A stretch of DNA of 64,000 bases from Fistulifera solaris (Eukaryota): assembly GCA_030295235.1 (NCBI GenBank), contig AP026150.1, forward strand, positions 310,001 to 374,000. The letters are read 5' to 3'. The notes below the pieces were generated by a model. The model did not search any database, was not told the origin of the DNA, and saw only the letters and a list, made by a program, of their open reading frames with translations. A program made the position numbers and the translations under genes. Positions 35,124 through 48,492 of the stretch are shown here, piece by piece. Positions within the stretch are counted from its first letter, which is position 1, and each line of letters opens with the position of its first letter.

Positions 35124-35503
35124 ATTTAGTAGCTTAGTTGGAATTGATGTTAGTAAAGCAATGTGTTAGTGTCGACGAAAGCAAAAGTGTCTATTTCGTC
35201 CTCATGAGTAGTACCTCTTGTGAGTTCATTGAAGCCAGCGGCTAAAGCGCGTAAACACTAGCTATAGGTTACAATGAATCGCTTCGCCCAGCGCTACGAT
35301 ATTGCTTGTTCCCGGCTGGCTAGTAGCTTAAAAATTTGACTTGCCTTACGAAGGCGCTGACGTCCGTCCGCTTGTACGAGCAGCAATCATCACGAAAATA
35401 ATGCGGCGAAGCGGTTCTAACATTTTACTTGTATCCGACTAAATGAATATTACTAGTAACTTTATTATCCTTCTGTATTGAATTGCATAATCACTTTATT
35501 ATC

Positions 35504-37231
35504 ATGGCCCCCAAACGAGGTATCGATGCGCTTTTCTCACAAGTCGGCAAATCCCTGCCCACCGGAGGGAGTTTGTCGTTTCGTTTGGTGAAAGGCCCAG
35601 CTACCGTCGCCGTATCGGACCCGGTCGATCCGAAGGCCCCACCACAAGAGTTCCCATTACTAGCAAAATTTCCCGAATCGGTCATTCGACCAGACTTCAC
35701 AAAACATCCCTGGAATTCTGGTCGATTGTATCAACAAGAAGTACCGAGGCCGCTCGATGATGAAGAGGACGAGGAGGATCACCAGCAACAGAAAAAGAAA
35801 CGATGGAAGTACAACCGCAATCACACCGCACAGAGGCAGTGGATATTGCAGGAAGAAGTTGATTTCTTAGAAACTATGGTAGCGAAGAGAGAAAAGCGCG
35901 AGACAAAGAAGTTATCGAGTCGCTACGAAGGAGTTCCGGAACACAATGCGAGTCAGTATGTCATCTTTTTCGCTTCCGAAAACAACGCATTCTCGAATCA
36001 TGAAGACGCCAGCGATGATCAGCCGACAGCGTTGTTGCAAGTGCGTACGCTGCCGTCGCCGCTAGGAACGATTCCTTTGCTCAACCTGCCGTTCGGCACA
36101 GTTATTCGTTGGCTGAGGCCGAAAACGCGATTCAGGATCAGCGCATGGGTATACGAACACTACGACCGGACGAATTTGGTGATGCACAACCCGTCCTTCG
36201 AATCCGTAAAACCGAAGTTGGAAGTAAAAGTCGCTTGTTGGATAAGTTGAAGGCGAAAAGTGCGAACGACGACGTTGAGGAAGGGGACGACGTTATGGGG
36301 GACGTGGGCGTACCGCAATCGTAAAAGCGGAGGCGCACGTCGCGAACTTTTGCAGGATATTGGAGAAGGTATTTTGGTTTCTGAAGATGGAGTACTGGGT
36401 GGAGCTAATGATGCGGTATTTGGTGGAAAGGAACGGTTTGGAGAGTTGAAAGCGGAAAAGATAGCCACAGACGAGCAACCGCCGGGAGATACAGACAATG
36501 GTAACACGGAACGTGGAGCAGATGGGGCTGCCATGGCCGATGATTTTTATACTCGAGACGTAAAAGCTGAATATGACGAGCTAGATTACGATGCTAACGA
36601 ACAGTTTGATGATGATGATGTTGACCTGGGCGAATCTGAGATGATAACAGACGAAGGTGGGTTCGGTGACGACGATGATGAAGCGGATGCGCTTGATGAC
36701 GATGAAGACGAACAGGCTGAGGTAGCTGGCGCCGAAGGCCTCGCTTCTGCTGCTGGATTCAAAATGATGTTGGCAAAAGCGCGCGGAGAACTGCCGCAGC
36801 TCGTGACGGCCGCCGATCTCCGGTCCGACGCCGCGAACAGCAGAGGCGACAAAGATGCAGGCGTGGATGCAGACGATCACATTTCGAAAATCATGAAAGC
36901 AGCAGAAAAGGCCGCTGCCGAAGCAGGTCACAAAATTAGTCAGGAGCCACAAATATCAGCAGCAAGCTCTGCAGCGCCGGCAGCTAGCATTCAAGTCGAC
37001 GAGAACGGCTTTAGAATAATAAGCCTAGACGCAGTGCGGCGTGAGATTTGGTTGAATCATGGCCAAATCCCGATGAAGCGACTTATGAAAATTTTTGACA
37101 TAAAAAAGAAATCCACGGCAGAGCGTCAGGCAAAGTTTCGTGAGATGGTGAAGGAACTTTGCACGATGGTGAATGATCCCGTGTCTGGACGAATGCTTGT
37201 CTTGAAACAACACTACTCGAATATGAAATAA
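35504..37231 (+). CDS. Probable TFIIF large subunit (RAP74/Tfg1-like); apparent frameshifts ~36072 and ~36306
   Basis: QWILQE...RYEG..E N-terminal region, S(L)AEAE, long acidic stretch (DYDANEQFDDDD), C-terminal winged-helix-like VRREIWLNHGQIPMKRLMKIF...LVLK. Confidence 0.65.
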
Positions 37232-37310
37232 CTTTGAAGAATAATCATGATTCTTTAATAATAGCTTTAAGCTTTGTATGATATTACTGGATTGTGAATA
37301 AGTATTTGCA

Positions 37311-38349
37311 TTACCAAGCGATACTCGAGGTTTCGCCTGGTCTACCGAATAAAAAAGATCGCGGAGATGTAGCAAAAGACTTCCTCCAGGTGGCAAAACG
37401 AGCGGGCCCTGTTTTTGGGCCAAGAATGTCTTATAGTCATCGAGGGGAAGTGCAGGGTTACATCCAGACTTAACGGGTGAAAAAATAAGGGGCGCTCGAG
37501 GCGGCAATTTGTATGCCACATTATTACAATTATAAGCGGCTGCACTGAGTGTCAAAGACCCACAAAGCATTGGTTTGGAAGTGTCTAGGCGCACGCCATT
37601 GTTGTGCGACGCAGAGTGGCAGGACACCTTTTGTTGGGAGGGGATGACATCATTAGCAATATGCATTGGGAAGGAGCTTCCAACCGCTGCTTGGGCTTCA
37701 TAGATTGAGTTTACAGGAGGTAGAATATTAGTTGGTGGTGGAGGTGGTGGTGAAGGACTCTGCTCAGATCTATTAAGCACATTTTTGAGATCAAGAGCGG
37801 AGAGTGGAGAAGGCGGCGGTGCCACCATAACTTTGGTTCATGAACGGTAACCCACCGGCGCATGATATGCTTCTGCCATTTTTAGGCTTCTTCAGAATTT
37901 GTACATTTGTTAGGGTGCGTTTCGAAACAGAAGAATGATGCGGCGTGGCGTCGTCATCCAAAAATCTCCTTTGGAATCAAGGCTTGAGCTTTTGCTTGTT
38001 GACTCTTCCGATTCTTTCTACCTCCCCGACATCCACGGGGACGATGACTTCGACGTTTAGGTTCATTGAGATTTTGATCAAAGTCCAAGGCTTTCACGTC
38101 TTTGCCGATCGGAAGGCTAATATTTGAAGGGTCGACAAGCTCGATCATTTTATTTATCCCATTCTTCCTCTCTGTCAATGTGTTGGAATCCGTTTCACTT
38201 GAGAATGCCACTCGATTCTCGTATAGAAATATCCTTGTCGGCTCATTTGGTTGATAGTTGAGCGTTTGTCGAGACGACGCTGATAGAAGGGACGAATGTA
38301 CTTCGTTGGATAGATAGGATGTCTGAATCCTTTTGTTAGCTCCAAACAT
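37311..38349 (-). CDS. Low-complexity hypothetical protein (several apparent frameshifts)
   Basis: RRSHRPRGCRGGRKNRK motif, Pro-rich middle, and after one-base correction a C-terminal GGSLFATSPRSFLFG...W* (stop at 37311). Confidence 0.55.
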
Positions 38350-38897
38350 TTTCAGACTTTGGCGAGCTTACAACACAATGACAAATAAATAAAGAAGTCA
38401 GCTTGGGTTTGCTTTGATGCGGACTTCTAACTAGGATTGCTCTCCGGCAACAATAATGAGCGAAGCGAGAAACTGCTCCACAATTACAAACAAAGGTGAG
38501 CGATGTTGCGAAAAAGTGATGGGCGATCGTTGTTGGCGATGAGATGCAATGTGAAAGCGGTACGACAGATTCATGGGTTGTAGTTACAATCGTTTCGTTG
38601 TCTTTCTTTTAAATGAAACTTTCACTAAGACAGTATGTACTAACATTACCTTGGTTTTTAAGATACTTACGGAAAAAATGTCGCAGGAGAAGAACTCTTG
38701 TAGTAATAGTACAAAGTGGAATATTTCTCGTCCTTCGTACGTGGTACGTAGTCTTAACCTCAATGATCAATGATGATGTGCAACATTATAATATTATTCA
38801 CTTTCTTGCGCGGAGGCACGATAAAAATGGCAATGCTCTTTCCCTTTCCAATTGTAGCACATAAAGGCAACCATATCTGATTATAGCGCAATGAATC

Positions 38898-39533
38898 ATG
38901 AGTAAACTAACCGAATATTCTAAGTTTGACCAAATTGATACGGAGAGCGAGGGAGAGGAAGAGAAAATTGTTAATTTAATCCCTACGGACGCCAAAATGA
39001 TTCACGACGACTTGACCGGGCGTTACTTCTTTCTCTACAAAAATGCGAGAGTATATGAATGGGAGCAGAAGCTGTCGGAAGTCATAGTCTATATCGCTGC
39101 ACCGCCGATTCAGACTTTGTCGAAAGATTCGATCGACTGTCAAATAGCACCAAATCATGTGAAGCTCGGTTTGAGGGGACAGAATCCATTTATCGACGAA
39201 CGAACGGCTGAAACTGTTGAAGCTGGAAAATCCTTCTGGTGTATCGAAGAAGTCGAAACAACAATGAGTGAGAGTCCGCAGAAACTGCAAGAAATAAAAA
39301 TGATTGTAATTTATCTCCACAAAGCAAATAAAGCAAAAGTTTGGGAGAATGTTTTCGTGGGGAAGTTTCCCGGAGTCTCGTTGGATCCTTTCCAGGTCGA
39401 AAACGAGAAGCGAGCTTTATTACTCGAAAGATATGGAGAAGAACACGGTGCTGGATTTGATTTCCGAGATGCAAAAATAACGGGCAGTGTCCCCGATCCT
39501 CGAACATTCATGGGTGGCGTGTCACATAATTAG
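38898..39533 (+). CDS. NudC/CS-domain protein (NUDCD2-like)
   Basis: YEWEQKLSEVIVYI, SFWCIE, IYLHKA...W, LLLERYGEEH.GFDFRDA...G.VPDPRTFMGG. Confidence 0.85.
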   Translation: MSKLTEYSKFDQIDTESEGEEEKIVNLIPTDAKMIHDDLTGRYFFLYKNARVYEWEQKLSEVIVYIAAPPIQTLSKDSIDCQIAPNHVKLGLRGQNPFIDERTAETVEAGKSFWCIEEVETTMSESPQKLQEIKMIVIYLHKANKAKVWENVFVGKFPGVSLDPFQVENEKRALLLERYGEEHGAGFDFRDAKITGSVPDPRTFMGGVSHN

Positions 39534-39663
39534 TTTCTTTTCCTTGAAACTCATCGAGCGTCAAAGCGGGTATAAAGTAAAAATAGAGTTCGTGATTATA
39601 AAATTAGTCTACAAAAGCCTGTTTTTGGTCAAAGACTGAGCCGCTCCGATGCCAGTGTAGGAC

Positions 39664-40227
39664 TTACGAAGAAGATGCATTAAGTATATCCAAAAACATT
39701 TCGTCATTCTTTTCTGCACCAGAAGTTACGGCTATATTTGCGGTCAAGTGACGTTGCAAAAACCCAGCAGCCACAACGTGCGGAATTTGATTACGAATGG
39801 GCAACATATTTTCTCGAGCAAAGTTTGTCATTTCCTCCACTGTCGAAAAGCCCAGGACAGGAGCCAGAAAGGCCGGTATATTCTTGGAAGAGTCAAAGTT
39901 GCGCAAGCAAGCCACACGGAAAGCGTGCGAGATCTCATTGACGTACGTTTGTACGAACGAGTGAGACGTGGTGCTGTGAAGCTGTTCCAGCGACTTCCAA
40001 ACGGCCGCTAAATCGGGTTTCAGCGCCGCCTTAGCAACTTCGAACCAGGGTTCCAGTTCATTCATTTCTCCGCTGCGTCGAAATAAATGACGGGCTGCCA
40101 TCCAGTCTTGATGATAGAGAAGACCCGCCATGTGAATGATGTAAAGGTCGAGGTCGGGACTGCCTCCCGCAACTTCCATGGCTTGACAATATTTTACGTC
40201 GAGCTGCCTCAAAGAGGCAGGGGGCAT
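39664..40227 (-). CDS. Probable COP9 signalosome subunit 8 (CSN8/PSMD8/eIF3K family)
   Basis: LYIIHMAGLLYHQDWMAARHLFRR..EL..W.V..AL resembles the CSN8 N-terminal pattern. Confidence 0.55.
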   Translation of the reverse strand: MPPASLRQLDVKYCQAMEVAGGSPDLDLYIIHMAGLLYHQDWMAARHLFRRSGEMNELEPWFEVAKAALKPDLAAVWKSLEQLHSTTSHSFVQTYVNEISHAFRVACLRNFDSSKNIPAFLAPVLGFSTVEEMTNFARENMLPIRNQIPHVVAAGFLQRHLTANIAVTSGAEKNDEMFLDILNASSS

Positions 40228-40822
40228 TCTCCTGTGGTAAAAATATATTATTCATTGCTAAATGATGTGCTAAAAATGATTTCTTGCCGGAAACGAGTCA
40301 ATGAAGCCAATCAATGTTGCAATGAAATAGCGAGCGGCAATTCACGGTTTTTATCATTCGTGACTTCTGTGTCACAACAGTCACAAAATAAACTTTCTCG
40401 TCTGCTCGTCATCCGACTTTGGTGTCAAGCAAACGGGCAAGTTTTGGCAGCGTCATTTTCGTGGCTGATTTTCTATCATCGACGCTCGCGGGGTTCGCAC
40501 AGCGAGCAAGGGAGGGGTGGCACTTCTACTCCGACACGTCCTAACGTCGTGTCTTTCTACCCAAACTTTATTACCAAAAGCACCCCTATGCACTTTCCCT
40601 ACAAAGTGTACAAGAGCCACTATTAACTTCATAGAATAATCCAAGTGTGCCACAGGATGTAAACGATAAACATCAACCCGAACTCGTCATTCCTCTGAAA
40701 ACCGAAATTTTCTCCTTGTCCTTGACACCTTCATTCTAGAAACAAACGGATCTGTCTTCGAAGTGACCCCGACACAAAATCTACCGACCCCCATCGGAAC
40801 CCTAAAACAATAAAACAACACC

Positions 40823-42732
40823 ATGATCTTGAATACGGCTGCGCGCTTGATTTTTCTCCAGAGCCGTCAAACGCTCTCCAAGGCCGTTGCCGCTCGGTCG
40901 GTCGCTTCCTTAGCCGGGTCTTCATTGCGTCCTACGGTTCGTACAACCTCGCCGTGCCGTCAACAGTTCGCCTTCAAGTCGACGGCCATGCATCCTGCCG
41001 ATGATACGGCTGGTCGTGACGCGTATGATATCGCACGGACCGTCGAAGGAACGGATGCTTGCTTAAAGATGGGTTTGAACCGCTTGGGAATCACCGGTCC
41101 CACCAAACTCTTCAGCAATCTCACGTATCAAGAGCTCTTTGACCACGAAGTCGCCAACAAGGAAGGTGTCGTTGCGAAAGCTGAGTACGGTGATACCTTC
41201 ACTGTCGACACGGGTAAGTTCACCGGGCGTTCGCCTCTGGATCGTTGGATCGTTCTCAATCCAGGAAGCGAGACGGCCGAACACATGGACTGGAACAAGA
41301 TCAACCAGCCGACAAGTCCCGAAGTCTTTGACGAGCTTCTGGAAAAAGCTGTCGCTTACTTCAACACGCGAGAGACTGCGTATGTCTTTGATGGATATTG
41401 TGGTGCGAATCCGGAAACGCGCAAGAAAATCCGGTTCGTTCACGAAATGGCCTGGCAGCAGCATTTTGGTAAGTCTTTTTGCTTGGATAATTCGACGAAT
41501 GCGTCAATATTGCACCGTTGTTCTAATTTTTTCTTTTATCTATAGTGACAAACATGTTCATTCGTCCCGAAACTCGCGAAGAGATTGAGAATTTCGAGCC
41601 CGACTTTACCGTCATCAACTGCTGCAGTCAGGTCGACGAGGACTGGAAGCGACACAACTTGCACAGCGACACGGCGGTTGTGTTCAATCCGGAGAAGAAG
41701 ACGGCGGTCATTTTCGGCACCTGGTACGGTGGAGAAAATAAGAAGGGCATCTTTTCACTCATGAACTTTTGGTTGCCCCTCAAGGGTCACTTTCCCATGC
41801 ACTGTAGTGCGAATGTCGGCAAAGACGGAGACGTTTGCTTATTCTTCGGGTTGTCCGGAACTGGCAAGACAACTTTAAGTGCCGATCCCCATCGTGCTTT
41901 GATAGGCGATGATGAGCACGGATGGGATGATCATGGAGTTTTCAATTTTGAGGGAGGATGCTACGCCAAGACGATCAACTTATCGGAAAAGACAGAGCCC
42001 GACATCTACCGGGCCATCAAGACCGATGCTCTATTGGAAAATGTCAAGATTCGTGAGGATGGGACACCTGACTATTTCGACACGAGCAAGACTGAAAATG
42101 GACGCGTTTCGTACCCGATTTTCCACATTCCAGGATACCACAAACCCCAAATGGCCGGGCATCCCAACAACATCATCTTCTTGACATGCGATGCCTATGG
42201 TGTTATGCCCCCTGTTGCTCGTCTCACTCCAGAACAAGCGATGTACCACTTTTTGAGTGGATACACAGCCAAGGTTGCCGGAACCGAGCGTGGAATTAAG
42301 GAGCCGACCGCTACATTTTCCACGTGCTTTGGTGCCGCTTTCATGACTCATCATCCTACTCGCTATGCGGACTTACTGCGAGAGAAACTTGAAAAACATG
42401 GATCCCATGCTTATTTGGTAAACTCGGGCTGGTCGGGCGGTCCATATGGCGAAGGAAAGCGCATGAGTATTGATACTACCCGTGCTTGTATTGATGCTAT
42501 TCTTGATGGATCCATCCACGACGCTGAGTTTGTGAAGGATCCCATTTTTGGTTTCGAAGTCCCGAAAGCGTTGCATGATGTAGGAGGAGTTTTGGACCCT
42601 AAATCGACTTGGAAAGACCCCGCGGCTTACGACAAGATGGCATTGCACCTTGCCAAACTCTTTAAAGAGAACTTCAAGAATTACGAGGGTCGGGGAACTG
42701 TCGACTACACCAAGTTCGGTCCACAGATCTAA
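40823..42732 (+). CDS. PCK1: ATP-dependent phosphoenolpyruvate carboxykinase, mitochondrial presequence (intron 41469-41545)
   Basis: [71 protein letters not shown]; Arg/Ser-rich N-terminus. Confidence 0.97.
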
Positions 42733-43136
42733 CGTAACTGAGTATTTCATAAATTGTTGGAGAATGTCGTTTCACCTTTATCTAGTCGTTGCGTTTTCTT
42801 TAGTTCTAGTAGCATTTAGCAGTGTCGACATAGTTCATGACTGCAATGCAGTCGTGGCGAAAGGTCGCCTACACGTAGGTTCTATACAAAGTAGAGTAGA
42901 AAGTCCAACAACGACAACTACGGAGTACGGAGTATTTTGCACGGATTTTGGACGCAAGTTTTATTCAAAAATATAGCGAAGTCGCTATTTTAGATAAAGT
43001 AACAAAAATTTGTGCGTTTTTGATGCTTAAACTAGATTTTCATGAAGGGTGACAACTTTGTTCCTTGTTCGCATTATTGCCTTTTTCTCACAACAACCAC
43101 ATTGCACATTGCCTACAATGAAGCTCATCGATTGAA

Positions 43137-45498
43137 ATGGGAAAAGGGTTCCTGATTCTCTCTTTGCTAGTTCTTTTACCTGACGTTCGTTGTTGGTTTT
43201 TTTTTCAATGTGCCGCGAGGGAGCAGCATTGGCGAGTTTACGCAAGGCGAAGTGATTACGAAGACTACGAGTCCTATTCGCGATGTTTGACGCCGAAGCA
43301 AGCGATGAACTCAGTCCTTCGTGAAAAGAACGAGTATGCTATTGTCGACGGAGAGTCTTTCTCGCAGAGAATCGCACGTGTTGTTGGCGGTTTATTTCGC
43401 CGTCAGAAAACGAAAACGCCAGGGAAATTGGTTCTCTTACTCAATGGAGAGTCGACTTGGAATGTAAACCACACTTTCACAGGCTGGGAAGATCCTCCAC
43501 TCACTGACAAAGGGAAACTCATCTGCCAGCATGCGGCAAGAATTCTCATAGCAGAGGGTATTCAACCTGACATCGTTTACACATCCAAACTGAATCGCGC
43601 GATTCAATCTGTTCAAGCTATCTTGGATGAAATGGATGCTTGGTTCATACCTGTCATCAAGACATATCGTTTAAACGCCAGAATGTATGGTGCAGTGCAA
43701 GGGTTATCGAAGCAGCAAACTGCGGAAAGACTCGGGGCTAACGTTGTGCAGGCTTGGCGGAATACTTTGAAAGCACGCCCGCCCCCACTTCTTCGTTCTG
43801 ATCCAGCCTCCCCGGCACACGATCGTCGGTACGAAAGTCTCAGCAACGATGAAGTACCCGAACATGAGTCGATTTTTGATTGCCATGAGCGTGCTCGAGC
43901 GGTGTGGTCACACCGCATTCAGGTGAGTTCGTACACAGGCATATCCTGCACAATTATATTATTCGCTGACAAGACGGTTCCTGTTTTCTCATAGCAAGAC
44001 ATTGCTGCGGGACACACCGTCTTCGTGGTTGCGCATCGTGATGCGCTTCGTGGGATTATGAAAGAGATTGATGGTATCCAGGATAGCATAATTCTGAGTG
44101 TAACTATGCCAGTTGGCGTCCCACTTCTTTATCAATTCGATTCCAATTTACAAGCAATAGTTGGAGATGGCGTCCATAGCCCCACTGCTTCTTCGGCTGT
44201 TTATTTGGATGGAGGTAAGAAAGATCATCTTGTATCAGCTTTGGAAAACTACAACAATTGGAGGATGCAATTCGATGCTGGACCTTCGAGGCGTACGTTA
44301 AATACTGCGACCACTGTCGAGAGGGCGCTATGGCAGCTGCGTCAGGACGAGCAGCTTGCTTCACAATTTATTTACCACACCGCACAGTCGAGCGCCGATG
44401 ACTCTGAGCAAGGGGATCGCTGGGTGGATGATCCAATTGAGGCTGAAGATTTCGAGTTCTTTTCCGAAAGCGACGGTTCCATGAGCGATCAATCCTTATC
44501 CAACATGGCTATTCCTAATCTTTTACCGATTCCTTCTACGAGAGACGCCTCCACTAGTGACCCCGTCGTTGTTTTTGTTCGACACGGTAGGACGCCACAC
44601 AACAATATGGGCCTTTTCACAGGGTTTCAAGACCCTCCGTAAGTCACCAGCATTTGTTCTTCTTACACTTTAATTCGTCTTACTAGCTGAATTTTTCTAC
44701 ACCAGTCTTGCCGTGGAGGGAGTTCAGGACGCAAGGCGTGCTGGTCAACTTCTCAAAAGGCACGGTTTCGACTTTGATGTCGTTTATACATCACAGCTAA
44801 CGCGAGCGATACAAACCGCTACTTTTATTTTGGAAGAGTTAGGGACACCGTGGGTTCCAATGGTCAAGTCGTGGCGATTGAACGAGAGGATGTACGGAGC
44901 GTTGACGGGGAAGTCGAAGCGCATGATAGAAAATGAATACGGCAAAGACCAGCTGCTGAAGTGGCGTCGTGGGTACAAAATTCGACCCCCAAAAGTTTCA
45001 TCCTTTTCTCCTGACTATCCTGGAAACGATGAGCGGCGCATTCGAGATATTACAGATATTCGCATTTCTTGGACAGAAAGTATCGCTAGATCTCTTGAGC
45101 AGCGAAAACTGGTATTACATCGCAAATTTCCCAAGTCCGAGAGTCTACATGATTGCATGCAGCGGACAATACCTTTCTACACGGGAAGAATACTTCCCGA
45201 AGCCGTTGCCAAACAAAAACGGGTGCTTGTTGCAGGTCACGAAAACGCTATTCGAGGAATATTGATGCACTTGTGCAGCATCCCCGAAGAAGCTATGCAG
45301 CAGCTCCACATTCCAAATGGAGTTCCTCTGGTTTATAGCGTCAAAGGAAAGTGTATCTCCCTCCTCGAGGATGCCCAAGCGTATCAAGATGACTTGCCGG
45401 TAATTAGTGTCAGTGATTTCGGTCCTGCTGCGAAATATCTATTCAAACCATGCGAACTGGACGATGAATTTTTGCAGATATTAAATCGAAGCCTGTAA
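43137..45498 (+). CDS. Tandem two-domain dPGM-type phosphoglycerate mutase-like protein (introns 43923-43994, 44639-44705)
   Basis: Domain 1 LVLLLNGESTWN..FTGW.D..L, RLNARMYG, VAHRDALRG; domain 2 FVRHG..FTGFQDPPL, RLNERMYGALTG, AGHENAIRG, IPNGVPLVY. Confidence 0.85.
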
Positions 45499-45597
45499 AA
45501 GAATTATCAAGAAGGTAACCAATTCATGTTAGTAGTCACCAAAGAAAGAATGGGGCGTTTAAAAGTTAGCAAATCCTGTCTCTATATACCTAGAATC

Positions 45598-46344
45598 TTA
45601 AGCCGCAGCTGCGGCTATATGTTGACGCTGATATGTGATGCATTTGTCAAGAACTTGCACCTTTCGGACCAAGCTGCAATATCGTTGGTATAGCCTAATA
45701 TTAGTTTTGGACCGAAGGAAACGTTTTCCTACAGACCAGCGATGCGCTTGCCAGAATGCGTAGGATATTGACAACTGTATGTAGATCAATTCAAAGTCCC
45801 AACATAAAAGCGACCTAGTTGTCATTTGCTCCATAAACTCGTCTGCCTTTCCCAGCAACGCGAGCGCTTGACGATAGATTTGCTCTTGGATATGCCTCGG
45901 TTGAGATCTGGAGAAATCCAGACATGACACTGCCCAGTTGTACAAAATGATCGTCGCAATGACCGCATCTGTAGGTTCACCTGGAGAAAGAAGTTCGATA
46001 AGTGTTTCGTCAATCTGGATGACAGAAAATGTAATATGCATGCTCTTTAGATCGAAAAGATAGCTCAACTGCTTAGCTTTTCCAGAGAGTGAACTTTGAT
46101 CGAAGAAACTTTCAAACTGAAGCGTAGATTTCCTATTCTCTGAAGACACCGAATTCGTAAGATCAGGCGCTGATGGTAGTTTCCACTGTGATTGGCAAAG
46201 CGTGTGTGAAGTTCGACGCACTGATGCCAAAGCTTCCGAAAACGCATCACCGGCCTCTTTGTGGCAGCATCCCCTTTGAAGCAGTGCCACTGCTCGATTG
46301 TTCAGAGCGATTGGAATGTAGAAGTTGCTGTCCTTGTCATGCAT
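45598..46344 (-). CDS. Diatom-type helical hypothetical protein (LNNxAV...ILYN...AAAA family)
   Basis: IALNNRAVALLQRG, ATIILYNWAV, C-terminal IAAAA; TPR-like pattern; function unknown. Confidence 0.6.
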   Translation of the reverse strand: MHDKDSNFYIPIALNNRAVALLQRGCCHKEAGDAFSEALASVRRTSHTLCQSQWKLPSAPDLTNSVSSENRKSTLQFESFFDQSSLSGKAKQLSYLFDLKSMHITFSVIQIDETLIELLSPGEPTDAVIATIILYNWAVSCLDFSRSQPRHIQEQIYRQALALLGKADEFMEQMTTRSLLCWDFELIYIQLSISYAFWQAHRWSVGKRFLRSKTNIRLYQRYCSLVRKVQVLDKCITYQRQHIAAAAA

Positions 46345-46940
46345 GTTTTGGTTTTTGATGTAAAATAAGATGAGTGAATGGCGAAAGTGGTTATTTGTGG
46401 TGGTTTTTGTAATGAAAGAAAAGCTCAAGACGACGTGATAAAACGTTGTGAAAAATGAAAAACTGTGGAATGTATTATTTGTAAAACCGATACTTGATAC
46501 TTGGCTGGTTTACAAAGTACAGTTTATTGCTAACCAGTAAGTTATCAGTTGTAATGTTTGTAATCAGTGGCCAATTGAAGCCAACGCATGCGTCTCTTTT
46601 CTGTCTGTACTTTGTAAGGGATAGAGACGCCTTAAAAGATATTCCGACGTTTTCTCAGCACAGGAGACACAATGACCATTGACTGGTGTCTGAGTGAATG
46701 CTCAGTGCGACAGTGAGACAGTGATTTGTAGATTTAGTCTAAATACCAGGTACCTCCAACCCCAATACAGAATCTCTTGGAATATCATCGAATTCCAGGA
46801 ACCGTGAAAAGTGCCCACGATCCGCGATTTGCGCTGCCTGCACCATTTGCGAATTGTTGATGAAGATTCTACCATGCTTCTATAAAATAAAACAAAACAA
46901 AACATCATTCATTCCTTATAGAAACAAATACAATTCCACA

Positions 46941-48429
46941 ATGACTTCGTACGACTTTGATTATTTGGTCATCGGAGGTGGCAGCGGAGGCGTAAGTTCG
47001 GCGAAACGAGCCGCCCAGCTCTACGGCAAAAAGGTGGCGATAGTTGAAGGCGCGCGATGGGGGGCACTTGCGTCAATGTCGGTTGCGTTCCCAAGAAAAT
47101 CATGTTTCAAGCCGCCAATTTATATCACTCCATAATTGAAGACACAGGACCTTACGAAATTTCGCTTTCTGGTACAAAACCGAAATTCAATTGGGGCGTC
47201 TTCAAGGCAAAGCGTGACGCGTACATTGAACGTCTTAACAACATCTATCTCAACGGCTTGCAAAGCGCCGGAGTCACTATTATCGAAGGATGGGCATCCT
47301 TTAAAGATGCGCATACGATTCATGTCAATATGAATGATGGTTTCACCCAAACTGTAACCGCGGAACATATCATGATTGCGAGCGGAGGCAAACCTATGAT
47401 ACCTTCAGGGAATGGCATTCAAGAACATACCATCACTTCGGATGGTTTCTTTGCATTGACAGAACAGCCCAAGAAGGCCGTTGTCGTTGGTGCAGGCTAT
47501 ATCGCTGTTGAATTGGCGGGTGTATTGAACTTTCTCGGAACCGAAACACATTTAGTGATTCGTAAAGCCAAGGTGCTGCGCGAATTCGACCCCGTCATCT
47601 CGGACTTTTTAACCAATGAAATGATTCAACAGGGAATGCACCTACATAAAAACACTGGTGGAGTTGAACAAGTGGAACTCGTTAATGGTCTCAAAACTGT
47701 CACTTGTGTGAATGGCGAAGTCATTGAAGGGGCCGATATTGTTCTCATGGCACCAGGTCGTGTCCCCAACATGGAAGGACTGGGCTTGGACAAGGCCGGT
47801 GTTGCGTTGAAGGAAGAATCACCCCATATCAAAGTGGATGAATATCAAAATACAAACGTGCCAAATATTTACGCACTTGGCGACGTAGCTGGACTTCTCG
47901 AGTTGACACCCATGGCCATTGCCGCCGGACGACGTCTCGCGGACCGTTTATTTGAAATTTGGACGATGCCAAGGCATCCTACGAGCTCGTTCCCACCGTC
48001 GTTTTCTCGCACCCCACTGTCGGTACAATTGGTTTGACCGAGCCAAAAGCCATTGAAAAATACGGAGAAAAGAATCTGAAGATTTATAAAAGTACATTCG
48101 TCAACTTGTACTACAGCATGTTTTCACACTTGCAGCCTTCAGATAAGCCCAAGACAGTTGTCAAAATGATTTGTGCCGGAGAGAATGAGTTGGTTGTTGG
48201 ACTGCATATTGTCGGAATGGGAGCTGACGAAATGTTGCAGGGTTTTGCGGTGGCAATGAAGATGGGCGCGACGAAGGCTGACTTTGACGCAACCGTGGCA
48301 ATCCACCCGACTGCGTCTGAAGAAGTGGTCACGTTGGGTACTTGGGGCACCAGTCCACAGGCATCTGGAGCGAAAGCCCCGCCACTTATGGGAGCCCCAG
48401 CTCCTCAGCCTCAACTATCGAAAATGTAA
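46941..48429 (+). CDS. GSR: Glutathione reductase (apparent frameshifts at G-run ~47060 and ~47954)
   Basis: [24 protein letters not shown] redox pair, [39 protein letters not shown]. Confidence 0.95.
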
Positions 48430-48492
48430 CACTATAGACGTAATATTTGTTCTGGTAAAAAACCTTTTGTCAATGGAATGGGTCATCACTAC

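Noticed and set aside
37025..37310. Apparent antisense overlap of the 267-aa ORF with the TFIIF-like gene
   Set aside because: A one-base correction at the run near 37374 ends the minus-strand gene at 37311, removing the overlap.
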